64,000 bases of DNA, taken from the NCBI GenBank assembly GCA_965644295.1, contig CBFFRP010000108.1, positions 248,001-312,000 on the forward strand. Reading direction: 5' to 3'. This document shows, in pieces, positions 1 through 11,341 of this stretch. The translations under genes were made by a program, and so were the position numbers. Below the pieces are notes generated by a model. The model did not search any database. It was not told the DNA's origin and worked only from the letters and a program-made list of their open reading frames with translations. This DNA comes from Paraphysomonas bandaiensis (lineage: Eukaryota > Protista > Chrysophyceae). The stretch's first letter is position 1; each line of letters opens with the position of its first letter.

Positions 1-499
1 TCTCCATCAATTGAACATAAATCCTCCTGGGCCCTCAATGGTTGGATTACATTCTAACCGATTACGAGAGGCTTGGGCTAACAAAAACCTCCACCGGGCT
101 ACTCGAATGTTCCACCAGTTCTGGAACAGTTGTGACTAAACTGTCGATATCCTGTTGAATTGCTCGCTCATCGAGATCGTTACCTCGGTCCACACGAGAA
201 TCAATTTCTGTAAAAAATGTGATACCAGCGTCTCTGACCCTGGCTCAACTAAACCAATAACGAGTCCAATATCTCTGACGCGCTGCTGATCAGCACTCGA
301 TATCGACTGTTGTTCTTCAATAATCATTGCTCTGATCCTTCTCAGAGCTAAATGAGACAGACTAGAGTCATGAACCTCCATTTTAGGTTCTCCCTCCATG
401 GTACTAATAGATAACTAACAATGAATATGACTACAACTACAATACTATCTACAAGCAACTTCCAGAGTACAGAAATTGCATCTTATTATCAACAATCAA

Positions 500-970
500 T
501 ATATACATATGATTCCCAGGCCAGAGGAAGGCCTCCAGGAATGACCTTCATCCATATACATCACTAATAACTCAGCCTGATCACAACTGATTCATCATCA
601 ATGCATAAGGGAAGATACATTCAGTATTCTCATTGTAGTTGAAGCCTTGTATACGTACTTCCAAGTACAGTTCAATAAACAATAAGTACCTAATGAAATA
701 CATAAGTACAACTGTATTACTGGATAATCTGGCAATACACGTCTATCAGCATGGATATCAAACCCGGAATTCTCCAGTAAACTTCTCCAGCCTTAAGCAT
801 TAATATATATATATAATAAGAACATATACATATAAATCATCAATCATAATATCTTCATCATTGAACTTCATTATTGGTAATCCTGTCTTTCTTTGTCTTT
901 TGAATAGATATATAAGTATCAATGATAAGCATAAATTGTCATATTCATAATATATCATATAGCTTAATGT
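500..970 (-). repeat. Degenerate dispersed repeat, homologous to about 55200-55450
   Basis: The reverse complement of 700-800 (aaggctggagaagtttactggagaattccgggtttgatatccatgctgatagacgtgtattgccagattatccagtaatacagttgtactt) aligns without gaps to about 55347-55437 (aaggcttgagaattttactcgtgaattcctggttttatatccaggctaatagaggggtattgccgaattctccagtaatgcagttgtactt). Weaker similarity extends on both sides, so the boundaries are approximate. Confidence 0.65.
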
Positions 971-2786
971 GAGATACGGTAATAATAATAATATTCAATC
1001 TATGTTTGCACAGATAGTATGTACAAAGTTAAGCATATACAATAGAGAGCTCATGTAGCATAAAATAACCAGATATGGCTGGTTATTACATTTTGCTGTA
1101 GTTAAAACGATATTTTTCTTTGTCTTTTAAATATGTTGGTTATAAATAGCTATATGATTTAGTTAATATACGCTAGTCTTTTCTAGAGTTGTACAGATAC
1201 TATGTACAATTATATTCTGGAATAGTGATACTATTATTTATGAACCCAAAGGACATGGATTGAGATTTTTTTGCATTCCTATTACAAACTGAAAATAAAA
1301 TTAATCTTAATAAGAAAAGTGTAATCGTATGATTACACACTTACTGGAGAATTACAGGTAATATATTCAAGCTAGTAAATGTGTATTTTCAAATTAAACT
1401 GTTGTGCGCTACGTGCTTCTGGTATAGTCTTCAAATAATAAATAATTTGACCTCATCTATATATGTTTAGGACACTATACATCAACGTCAATAAGCGTAC
1501 TACATGTATAAATATACTTAATGTAACATCTCTAATAAACTGAGTATTAATATAACGATTAGCCTCAAATGTAGTTTGTTATAAATTACTAACGAATACC
1601 ACTACTTAAAGCCAGGGATCGTAGATATCATTATAGCGCACTGAAAATACAAAGCGGGTTATGATATTCAGTAATTTGTTACATTTTTGAAGGAAAAACT
1701 GGTTTATAGATGCTGTAGTTTTTTTTAATGCTGATCGAGGATGAAACGTGAATTGCAAGGACACAACAAAAGCACACTCAATAAATCCTCTGCATGAATG
1801 TCAACCTTTCTTACTCCAATTATTAAAGTAATTCTTCTAAAAACTATTTATTTTATTTAGTAGATCTGAAATTTATTTACACTATTCCAATAAAAAATCA
1901 AGTTTTCCCAGCATTACAATGTAAACTTGTCGCTTGTCGTTCAATTATTCAAACCATGTCTGATTTGTCAGCGTTTCGCCAGTTGTAGACCTTGAATAAA
2001 TCATTACAGCTCTACAGCTCTGGCGTCTCACATTTCAACGATAAGGTTCTCAATATCGCTATAATCGATTCGGAATTTTCAACGGAGTTAACTCTTGTAG
2101 TGGACATATACTTTCATCATTAGCTTTTAATATATCGACTGTGTCCCTTCATAGACAACAGGTATTCAGCTACGCGCTTCTTCCTTGTAGATATCATTCG
2201 TATGTCATTGAGATAATTCTCTCTATCAGAGGCTGCTTTCGTCCACTGGGCAGAGAATGTACAGTCCGGAGTGCAACGATCCTCCATACCTCAAAAAATG
2301 GATATTTTGGGGGTTAGAGTTACTGCTGTGTACATGTATACTGTAGCTTTCTAGCCATCACCTGTCATAAAACTGCAGCTTTTTTATAAAAGTCGAGAAT
2401 GATACCTTGTGTATCTTTTTTATATATCATCCTGGTACAGTTTTCAGTTTGTCTGCTGAAGGTTCCATCCCCACACTTTCTCTACCCCCTGACATAAGGT
2501 AGGGGTCTGTTATACTCCCAGCAGTGCATACATCCGTATGTCGTATGTATGTATGTGTGTATGTATGTATGTATGTAGGTATGATCTTATACACTTGTAT
2601 GGTATACTTCAAACGCTCCAGCCATCCCACACACACACACAACACTGAGCTGTACTCCTCCCACGAATACATCATACATATATATATAAGCCCCCCTCTC
2701 CTCACATACACTGTAGATTGTAGGTTCCATATATTTATTAACTATCAATTAGATTTGGAGGAGTGTCTGGGTACCTCTTTCTGGGC

Positions 2787-4505
2787 ATGAAAGGATTTCT
2801 GAATAAAGTACAGCGGCGTGTGAGTGGATCAGGCCCATCGAGTGGTAGTGAGAGTAAAAATGAGAAGCCCTCAACACCCATAACCACAGGTAAAGCCGGT
2901 GCTCGTACAAATGGAATAGAACCTACACCAAAAGCGGATGTTACATTACCAAGACGTGAAAGAAGGTGAGCAATAGAGGGCTGCTTGTTAATGTATGTGT
3001 GATTGTGTGGATAGACGATCTTCTTTTATGAGAGCACAAAAGATGCAAGTTCTTAAGGATCTGGCACTTCTATCAGATACACCCATGCAGAAAAGAGAAG
3101 TAATAATATTTTATTGTGTGTATTTTGGTAAATTTCCTTCTTAGGCATTGTTTAAGCAAAAGCTGCAACTCTGCGGTGTTATCTTTAATTTCGATGATGC
3201 TGAGTCTGACATGCGCGGAAAAGAACTGAAAAGAGAAACCTTATTAGAACTGGCTGAATATGTGAATTCTCCTGTGGGACAAAAAATATTTACAGAGTCG
3301 CTAATGCCAGATGTGGTGGAGATGGTGCGTGTGAATCTCTTTCGTACACTTCCCCCACAGACAGATGACTTTGACCCCGAAGAAGACGAGCCATCTATGG
3401 AGGCTGCATGGCCACATCTACAGGTGCATATTATTATTTTATCATTGGATTAGTAGTGTTGTGTTTTTTCTAGTCTGAGGGATTGTGTTGTACATATAGG
3501 TTGTGTACGAATTCTTCCTCCGGTTTGTGGTAAGTTCAGAGGTTAATGGAAAAGTTGCAAAGCGGTATGTGGATCAGGCATTTATCCGGAACTGGATCGA
3601 GTTGTTTGATGCTGAAGACCCTAGAGAGAGAGATTATGTGAAGACTATTCTACATCGTATGTATGGAAAGTTTATGTCCTATCGTTCATTCATCAGGAAG
3701 ACTATCTCACAAGTGTTTTACCGATACATATACGAGACTGGGAAACACAACGGCATTGGAGAACTATTGGAGATCCTTGGCTCGATAATCAATGGTTTTG
3801 CCATTCCTCTAAAGGTGGAACACTTGCAGTTCCTTGAAAAGGCGCTCATTCCATTACACAAACCCCGTGCCCTGTCAGTGTACCACCCACAGCTCTCGTA
3901 CTGTATATCACAATACGTAGAGAAGGACGCGGAGACTGTCGGTGTCATTGTCACAGGACTGATTAGGTTTTGGCCTTGGAGTTGCTCAAGTAAACAGGTG
4001 CTGCTGCTTAATGAGCTCGAAGAGATCATGGAACTGTGCCGCGGGGAGCAGTTGAACCAGGTTCAGGATCAAATATTTAAACTCCTTGCCACCTGCCTTG
4101 CTAGTGAGCACTTCCAGGTGGTCGAACGAGCCTTATACTTCTGGAACTCAGAGCATCTGTGCGCCAATATACTCGCCCAGAACAAAGCACACATATTCCT
4201 TCCCTACATATTTGGACCGCTCAGTAAAAATGCACAGGGTCATTGGAACCAAACTGTTGAGAGTCTTGCACAGAGTGTTCTGAAGATGTATGTACCATGC
4301 ATACTATCTATAAATTTGATGGTTTGTGTTGAACTCTTTTCTTCACAGGTATATGGAGCTTGATATCAACCTCTACGACCGGTGTGCTCGGGAGAACAAT
4401 GATAAGGAGCGCATAAAGGAATCTCAGCTTGCAGCTTCTAAAAGTAAATGGCAATCCATCATTGAAGCTGCCGCAGAGAAGGGTGTTAAGCCTGACCCCA
4501 ACTAG
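2787..4505 (+). CDS. PPP2R5: Protein phosphatase 2A regulatory subunit B' (B56 family), 5 exons: 2787-2965, 3015-3099, 3145-3423, 3500-4287, 4349-4505
   Basis: B56 motifs VNLFRTLPP, EAAWPHLQVVYEFFLRF, EDPRERDYVKTILHRMYGKF, HNGIGELLEILGSIINGFAIPLK, HFQVVERAL and HWN are present. Four GT-AG introns join the ORF fragments in frame, ending at TAG 4503-4505. Confidence 0.96.
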
Positions 4506-5055
4506 CCTATCATTTCTTACTCGAAACACTGCCTTAGTATGTGTCTTTTCCAAGCCGGCCCTGTCACTCCTCCCCCCTAACTAGAACTTGCTGTTGGAGA
4601 GATATTCTGCGATAAGTGAACATATAATGATATACAATGCCTGTAATGCCACCTGTTATTCATCGAAAAATTCGTCGTAGTTGTGTATGATACCTTACTG
4701 CAGCATCATTATTGCGGTGATGAAATTTTCGTTGTTTATTTGGTTTAGTTAGTACTTGAGCAAGTTAGGCTGTATTGTTTCTTGGATGGGTTGGATTGTT
4801 GTGCGGATTGTGTGTGGAACTGTATCACGATGTGTACCGGTATGAAGTTTCTGGCAGTGTTATATCAACATTTGCAAAGATAATCTGTAGATGCATTTAA
4901 TTGTCGGGTGCTATCTGTCACTGATGATGTAGTAATAGTATAATAATTTATAAGTATTTTCTGTTGACGTATGTACTAAAAGAAGGTATTACGTACGTGC
5001 ATTACAATAATGTAGTTCTATTGACTATTGACCAGTATATTGACTATATTGATCA

Positions 5056-5275
5056 GGGCGAAACTCACAATCAACATTAAGAACGGAAGCGGTCGCACCT
5101 TGGTGCTTGCGGCGACGCACAAGCAACTTCTGTAGCGCTAAATAGTAGGATAATAGAGTTTGTACGTTTGTACTGATTAGTTATGGGTAGAAGTCTAAAT
5201 AGTCATATAGTCTGTCTAGCATTCAACTAGCCACTACATTGGTGCAGGTTTTTTAAATAATAAGACTTTCAATAT
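5056..5275 (+). mobile_element. Short 3'-end fragment (3' UTR) of LINE subfamily A
   Basis: Matches 9338-9549, including gaacggaag.ggt.gcaccttggtgcttgcggcgacgcacaagca, aaatagtagga and ctagccact. No convincing TSD. Confidence 0.9.
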
Positions 5276-5309
5276 ACAGTATAGCGATAGTAAGAATTAG
5301 TATATTTCC

Positions 5310-5680
5310 GTCGGACAAACAAACAAGTATGTTATACCAACATTTCAGGGTGTCATTCGCTTGCTCAACAATCTTAGCTCTGATCAAGAATCCCTCATAA
5401 ACAGTGATAGTGTTATACCAAGTACAAATACCATGCGGTTTGGTGCCTGCTTTCTTGCACTTTTGGCTGATTTAAAGTGAACAAATAGCCTCTTTCACTT
5501 CATTGAATTAACATTCGTCTGCAGGTACACCTGTACTTTTACCATGCTGAATCTTGACTACTGCTTTCTCGAAACCTGCATTTTTATTGATTTCCTTGTC
5601 TGCGCCCCCCGGTCGAATTTCATCCCAGGGCACTGACGATAACCTCGATTAATTCTTCTCTAAATGCAATGTCAGAATTC
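5310..5680 (-). pseudogene. Possible decayed hAT-like DNA transposase C-terminal remnant
   Basis: Minus-strand fragments NAGFEKAVVKIQHG and VYEGFLIRAKIV resemble the FExAVVKIQ and ERxFSxAKxV (hAT dimerisation) segments of stramenopile hAT-like transposases. They are broken by stops and frameshifts. Confidence 0.35.
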
Positions 5681-6149
5681 TCACCTTCTCTCAAACTCTA
5701 CAGCACAGCAAGCATAACATCTCAATTACTCTAAACTGCAAACACAGAAAATAGTGCGCTTCAGCACAACTCCATCCGTCCAAACTAAACAAATATACTT
5801 GGAAGCATTTCTTCATCAATATTTTCCAACATTCACACCACTATACTTGAATATTTCGATGTCGGCAAATATCAGGTATCAGTCAGATTATGCTATGTCA
5901 CGACGATAGTTATGGAGGTGCTGAATTTATTGTTGCCAACTATAGTTGACATGATAATATTACTCTCATGCGGCTGATGTTAAAGTGCATACTAACCCTT
6001 ATATTGTCACACAATTATGATTTACAATGATAGTGACCGAGTATACATACATAATATATTATGCTAACTGAAAATGGGTTTTTACTTACAATCAGTAGCT
6101 ATATTATACAGCTTAAGAAGCAATATTATACCAATAAAATTGGCGTAGT

Positions 6150-6253
6150 ATTCTGCCCACTCAAAGCCAAATCCTTTTGTGCAATAAAAGGGGCACTAAG
6201 TAGTGTCACTTGTGTAGTAGACGTCTTTGGGCTTGACGAATAAACCGGCATCC
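6150..6253 (+). repeat. Internal fragment of the ribozyme-headed non-autonomous element
   Basis: ttctgcccactca...gtgtcacttgtgtag...acgtctttggg..tgacgaataaac.ggcatc matches about 56365-56462. Confidence 0.8.
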
Positions 6254-6463
6254 ACTATTGCTAATCAAAGCTCAAATAGATGTTTCAGTTTCTAGTTTAA
6301 GTGTTAATACATTGTTATATTGTACCCTAGCTCTGCAATATACAATATACTGCTACCTATCTCTGAAAATTGTATATCGTGGAAATATAAGTCATGTCAT
6401 GTTTTTCATCAAAACTCTTCACTCAGCATTACTTCCGTTATAGCTGTATGCTTGCGATAAACA

Positions 6464-6848
6464 TATTGAATGTCTTTTTATTTAGCAATAGGCGTTAAAA
6501 ACTCGTTCCGATATAGTGGCTAGTTGAATACTAGATCTACTAGTTAGACCTCTACCCATAACTAATCAGCACAAATTCTATTATCCTACTATTTAACGCT
6601 ACAGAAGCTGCTTGTGCGTCGCCGCAAGCACCAAGGTGCAACCACTTCCGTTCTTGATGTTGTGTGTGAGTTCGCCTTGCTCGTGTGTCTGAGGACTCAC
6701 TGGCGCGTGTTGTCCGGGGGTCTCCCCTTGGGATAAGGTTCCGCCTGGCTCTGAGGTACCGGGTTCTGTATTAAGGTCCTGAGTGTACCGAGCACTAGAT
6801 GTGTGTACTGAGATGTTGATAGTGTGGTGGAATGTGGCGGTGTCACCA
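6464..6848 (-). mobile_element. 5'-truncated LINE (subfamily A) copy: ORF end plus 3' UTR
   Basis: The reverse complement matches about 9170-9549, encoding PKGRPPD and carrying the same 3' UTR. It is flanked by an 11/12-matching TSD: TTGCGATAAACA (6452-6463) and TTGCGATATACA (6849-6860). Confidence 0.9.
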
Positions 6849-6914
6849 TTGCGATATACACCTACACTAGCATTCTCATGCTACATGCCGAAAAGAAAGG
6901 ACTGACTAACATTT

Positions 6915-9317
6915 GGCTACATCATTCTCTACGACTGGTCGTGGCGTCCACACCCAGTCCCTATCCAAACATCACTAGAGTCGATACATTACCTCGGAGC
7001 AGACCTTCCTCTCACAATCACAGACAAGGCCTCCCATGATTGGTGTCTAAAATACCTGAAAGTCGTGACCACACACCTAGGGATTAAACAGGCCTCAGCC
7101 GGCTGTAAAGTCATGGTTATCGAGACCCAAATCATACCGACTTTGCTCTATAGAGCCACCAAAGCTTCATGGCCGCTACACTGGTACAGAGAAATTGACG
7201 CTGCTTGCGCAACCCTCTACAGAAAGGCCCTCAGTCTAGGCCCTGGATACCCCACGGAACTGATCTACCTCTCACTCAAGCACAACGGATTAGGTATGAA
7301 ACGTTTCTCAGACTCGGCGCAGGAGCAAAAATGGGGATCTCTACAGCGCGCAATAACCCTCGGGGGAGAAGCAGGTCAAGCAGCACATTTTCTACTCACT
7401 CAGACAACAGAGCCACAGCCCCAATACCACCACTATGTTCTCAGCCTCAGGGAATGGGGAACGGAATTGGGCCTTACCCTTCAGCAACCTGAGCCCCCCG
7501 AACCACAGGATGAACACATGCTGACCAATCTAAAACAAGAACTCGGCCTTAATAGCGTCCAACCAGATACTTTCAAGGCAATCTTCACAGATGGATCATA
7601 CACAGCCAGTGCGCTCTCCACGCGTCGCCTCACTCATGTCAATCCGCGAACACGATGGACACACCGAGGAGGTGCAGCGGTCGTCTACTTACCCCCAGAA
7701 AATGCCTGGGAAGATGGTACAACCATAATACTACGACTAGATACACCCTTTCGTGATGTGCCAGGTTTGGACTCATACGCATATGAACTCATAGGCACAG
7801 CCATGGGGCTTATACTCTCAACACGCATTCCCGAACACATAAAAAGCCACACAGACTGTCAGGCAGTGTGCACCCGTACTGAGGAAGCACTCTCCACAAG
7901 ACGCAGAGCTCTCGGTCACCGTGCAAAAGGGGTACTACTCGAAAGCATCGCGGCCAGTAGAGATTGCAAACGACAGGTGACCTGGGTGAGGTCCCATCCC
8001 GAACGACGTACCACAGATGAAACGGAGTGGACGTTTGAGGACAAGGGCATCTATATTGCGGACGCAGTCGCGGGTGAAGACTGGCATGAAGTCGATCGCA
8101 TCCTTGGAAAAAATAACTACACTGTCTGTACAATTGCGATTGACAGTGCCATTGAACGCTTACTAACCGCTGGATTATGGCACTGGCGTTTGCACAGTAC
8201 AAGACGGCCATACTACTCTAGCCCACTCCTTACTGATTTCCAAGATCTCTGCGACCTAAGGACACTTGAGAACTACACTTCAACCAGAGATCAACGCTAC
8301 GGAAACAATCCTGATCGAGCGCCTGGCTACTGGACCAATAGCGGAGTACACCTCCCGCGCAAACTAGCTCAAGCGGATGGCAGTGCATCCAAAGACAAAC
8401 TCAGCTCAAATCTACGCCAAAGAATTCTCAACACGGCACTGACATGGGACAAATCTTTCTGCATAGGGAGGAACCGGGCCAAAACCAAACAGGGGCTTGA
8501 CCTGACCAAAGCCGCATGCTCTGACTGCGGGTTTCGACTAGATTCCCTAAAACATATGTGCCTCGACTGCACACATGAATCCATCACCCAAATAAGGGAA
8601 ACTGCATTTCAATCGCATAAAAATGTGCTACACGAAATACAGAGAACTCAGACCTTACCCAACTGGATCACATCTGCACTACGGAGACTCTCCAGCAGAG
8701 CCTGGAATCCCTCCATCCCACAGGTCGAGAGATACTGGACTGGAACCATCACAGCAGCCCAACTGGAAACGGTCTTCGGAGATGACATACACAACCACCT
8801 GACGGCTCACAGTCTACGGAACCTAGAAACAGTGGTTATTAATCTCCTGCAACCGCTTTACACTGCAGCGAAGCTTATGTTACAGGATCGCGGTTGTCGC
8901 TATATCACCATGTCCAAAAGGCCGCCCAGGCTACTCCCGAGACCCCGTCCGAAACGCAGTCAGTCAAGACAACGTCCGAGAGTCCTTCGACTACTAGGGG
9001 TCCAACGAAGACCCCCCACAGCGTATCCGACTCCAGACACACGTGCACACCTCACAGGTCCTACCCGACAGAGCACTGGACTGCCCAGACCTCCACAACG
9101 CCGACGGCTTCGACAACTCTATCTACACCCGCGGCCCCACAGGAGCACAGTAACACATACTACAAACCCAACTCCTCCTCCCAACAATCCCCACCACTCC
9201 CAACCCACACATCTGGAACTAGGTGCACTCAGGACCCTAATTCAGAATGCTGAGCCCCCTCCAAAACCAATGGAGACCCATCCCAAAGGGAGACCCCCAG
9301 ATCAAAAGCGCCGGTGA
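6915..9317 (+). CDS. LINE ORF, 5'-partial: end of reverse transcriptase, RNase H and C-x2-C-x8-H-x4-C zinc knuckle
   Basis: IHYLGA (late RT motif, in frame upstream of the 7065 ORF call) and ELIYLSLKHNGLGM (thumb). RNase H motifs IFTDGS, YELIG, HTDCQAV, WVRSH and IADAVA, then CSDCGFRLDSLKHMCLDC. No internal stops. Confidence 0.9.
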   Translation, partial: GYIILYDWSWRPHPVPIQTSLESIHYLGADLPLTITDKASHDWCLKYLKVVTTHLGIKQASAGCKVMVIETQIIPTLLYRATKASWPLHWYREIDAACATLYRKALSLGPGYPTELIYLSLKHNGLGMKRFSDSAQEQKWGSLQRAITLGGEAGQAAHFLLTQTTEPQPQYHHYVLSLREWGTELGLTLQQPEPPEPQDEHMLTNLKQELGLNSVQPDTFKAIFTDGSYTASALSTRRLTHVNPRTRWTHRGGAAVVYLPPENAWEDGTTIILRLDTPFRDVPGLDSYAYELIGTAMGLILSTRIPEHIKSHTDCQAVCTRTEEALSTRRRALGHRAKGVLLESIAASRDCKRQVTWVRSHPERRTTDETEWTFEDKGIYIADAVAGEDWHEVDRILGKNNYTVCTIAIDSAIERLLTAGLWHWRLHSTRRPYYSSPLLTDFQDLCDLRTLENYTSTRDQRYGNNPDRAPGYWTNSGVHLPRKLAQADGSASKDKLSSNLRQRILNTALTWDKSFCIGRNRAKTKQGLDLTKAACSDCGFRLDSLKHMCLDCTHESITQIRETAFQSHKNVLHEIQRTQTLPNWITSALRRLSSRAWNPSIPQVERYWTGTITAAQLETVFGDDIHNHLTAHSLRNLETVVINLLQPLYTAAKLMLQDRGCRYITMSKRPPRLLPRPRPKRSQSRQRPRVLRLLGVQRRPPTAYPTPDTRAHLTGPTRQSTGLPRPPQRRRLRQLYLHPRPHRSTVTHTTNPTPPPNNPHHSQPTHLELGALRTLIQNAEPPPKPMETHPKGRPPDQKRR

Positions 9318-9549
9318 GTCCACGGACACACGATAAAGGCGAATTTCATATCACACAAAAAGAACGGAAGTGGTTGCACCTTGGTGCTTGCGGCGACGCA
9401 CAAGCAGCTTTCGTAGCGTTAAATAGTAGGATAAAAGAGTTTGTATTGATTAGTTACGGGTAGTGGTCTAACTAGTATGACTAGCATTCTTCTAGCCACT
9501 AATTGATGCAAGGTCTCAACGCCTATTGCTAAATAATCAGACATTCACT
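6915..9549 (+). mobile_element. 5'-truncated non-LTR retrotransposon (LINE subfamily A) with RT C-terminus, RNase H and CCHC zinc finger
   Basis: Perfect 10-bp TSD ACTAACATTT at 6905-6914 and 9550-9559. The reading frame is open from the 5' junction to 9317. The 3' UTR is shared with several other loci in the window. Confidence 0.93.
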
Positions 9550-9966
9550 ACTAACATTTTTATAAACTTTATGCAAAAAACTTTCTTAAAAGATTGTTTG
9601 AGTTTTATGTTTTATATATTGTGTTACTATATATTGTATATACATGAAATACCTTTCAACACCAACTTAACCAACTAGCACGATGCCAGAATAATACATA
9701 AAACTACTATTTACTATTGAATATTGAAGCTAATTCAAATTCTTTTCCAGTCATATATATAGCTTCTCTTCTAGATTTCATTCTATGATTACAACATACA
9801 TTTGCCATGCACATATTTCTAAATAGGTATGCAGCAAGGTAGAACAGCTTGTGGTTAATTTTGTAGGAAATGGTCGTTTAAGCATATAGTAAAACACATC
9901 AGATTGAAATTTAGGAGACAGGAATTGATTAATTATAGTGGCGTCAGCGTGGCTTGCAAAACAGAT

Positions 9967-10863
9967 CTAAACAATCAACTTTCTCTTCTTGACAATCATC
10001 TCACGCTCCTCAAGGATGGTCTGCTTAATACCCTTGCCCTTGGGGAGGGTAATGTCGCTCGAGTCCTTGGTACCAATGACAAAGACGTTCTCAAGACGAG
10101 TGGAGAAAGAACGACCAGCGGCATCACGAACAGTCACAATGTCGAAAGAACCAGGGTGCTTCTCGACGTGCATGATAGTACCAACGCGACCGGTGTTTCT
10201 ACCCTTAGTGATCATACACATGTTACCGACCTCGAACTTGATGAAGGAAATGACTTTGCCAGTGGCGATGTCAACTTTGACGGTGTCGTTGGTAGTGATG
10301 AGAGGATCAGGGTATCTGATAGTGCGACCGTCATGAGTGACAACAACTGGCACCTTCTTCAGGGTAAGTTCCTGGCGCTTAACACGGCAGAGCTTAAAGG
10401 CCTTCTCCTCATCGCTGATGCGGTGGAGAACGAAGCGACCCTTGGTGTCGAAAATAAGGCGGAACTGGTCCCCAGCCTTGGGAAGCTCGACAACATCCAT
10501 GAATCCAGCAGGAAAGTTGGGATCAGTGCGGGTCTTGCCATCAACCTTGACAAGCTTCTGCATGCAGATCATCTTGGTCTCCTTACCAGTGAGGGCATAC
10601 TTGAGTCTGTTTCTCAATATGAGCATCAGAGGCAAGCACTCTCTCAACTTGTGAGGTCCCTGAGAGGGTCTGGGGGCCTAGTAAATATCTTATTAATTAT
10701 ATCCAGGCTTAGTATACAGAGACTCACCCAGATGCCTTCCATCTTCGAAAGCATCCAGTGCTTTGGCGTATTTAAACGCTTCAAATGCTTCTTGGGTCCA
10801 CGTGCCTATACAAACACCAGTGCATTAAAATATCAATTGCAAAGATATCACCAATTATACCAT
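9967..10863 (-). CDS. RPS4: 40S ribosomal protein S4 (eS4), exons 10863-10861, 10805-10728, 10677-9967
   Basis: Spliced product M|[26 protein letters not shown]|[17 protein letters not shown]...[20 protein letters not shown]...[12 protein letters not shown], with GT-AG introns. Confidence 0.98.
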
Positions 10864-11017
10864 GTTTACTGTGTCTCTATACTATATTCACCACGTCCTG
10901 TCAATATCAATGAAGGTCGAGAGGCGCTATTGCCGTGTCTCGGCACTCACAGGGACGAGCCGCCTTTCACAACTCCACTCACCGCCCAGTGAAACTTAGA
11001 ACTTGAACGGACGTGTG

Positions 11018-11054
11018 TTTTTCAGTTTATTGAAATTTTGTTGGGGTGGAATAC
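11018..11054. promoter_or_regulatory. Candidate promoter motifs shared with the RPL26 upstream region
   Basis: TTTTCAGTTTAT (11019-11030) and GTGGAATAC (11046-11054) recur in the same order and orientation upstream of RPL26 (13734-13745 and 13774-13782). Confidence 0.45.
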
Positions 11055-11341
11055 AGTATTTTTGGGATTTTGCTATTTACGAGTTGTGTAGAGATGTCTA
11101 AATACCCCTCTTTTGGTGCCATTAAACCACTAAATCCATGGATTTATATTCAAATCTATGAAGGTATGAAGTATGAAGGAGGTGGGTATGATTGATATGA
11201 ATTTCAAATACTGTGTTGAGATTCTTCCTTTCCATGTACATATACACACACTGTGCAGGACACTATGTGTACATACAGTGATATCAATATGGGCTATAGA
11301 GCACAACTAAATGACATCTAACACATAAACACACGCAACGC

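Noticed and set aside
2427-2790. ORFs rich in Y/V/C/M/H/T, also at 19360-19708, 47580-47821 and 53735-54096
   Set aside because: Products of TG/TA-rich promoter sequence, not coding.
6464-9549. Long inverted repeats around the RT/RNase H ORF, suggesting TIRs or a Penelope/DIRS-type element
   Set aside because: The two arms are diverged and each has its own TSD (6452-6463/6849-6860 and 6905-6914/9550-9559), so they are two independent LINE insertions.
9904-10992. 362-aa plus-strand ORF
   Set aside because: Antisense shadow of the codon-biased RPS4 gene.
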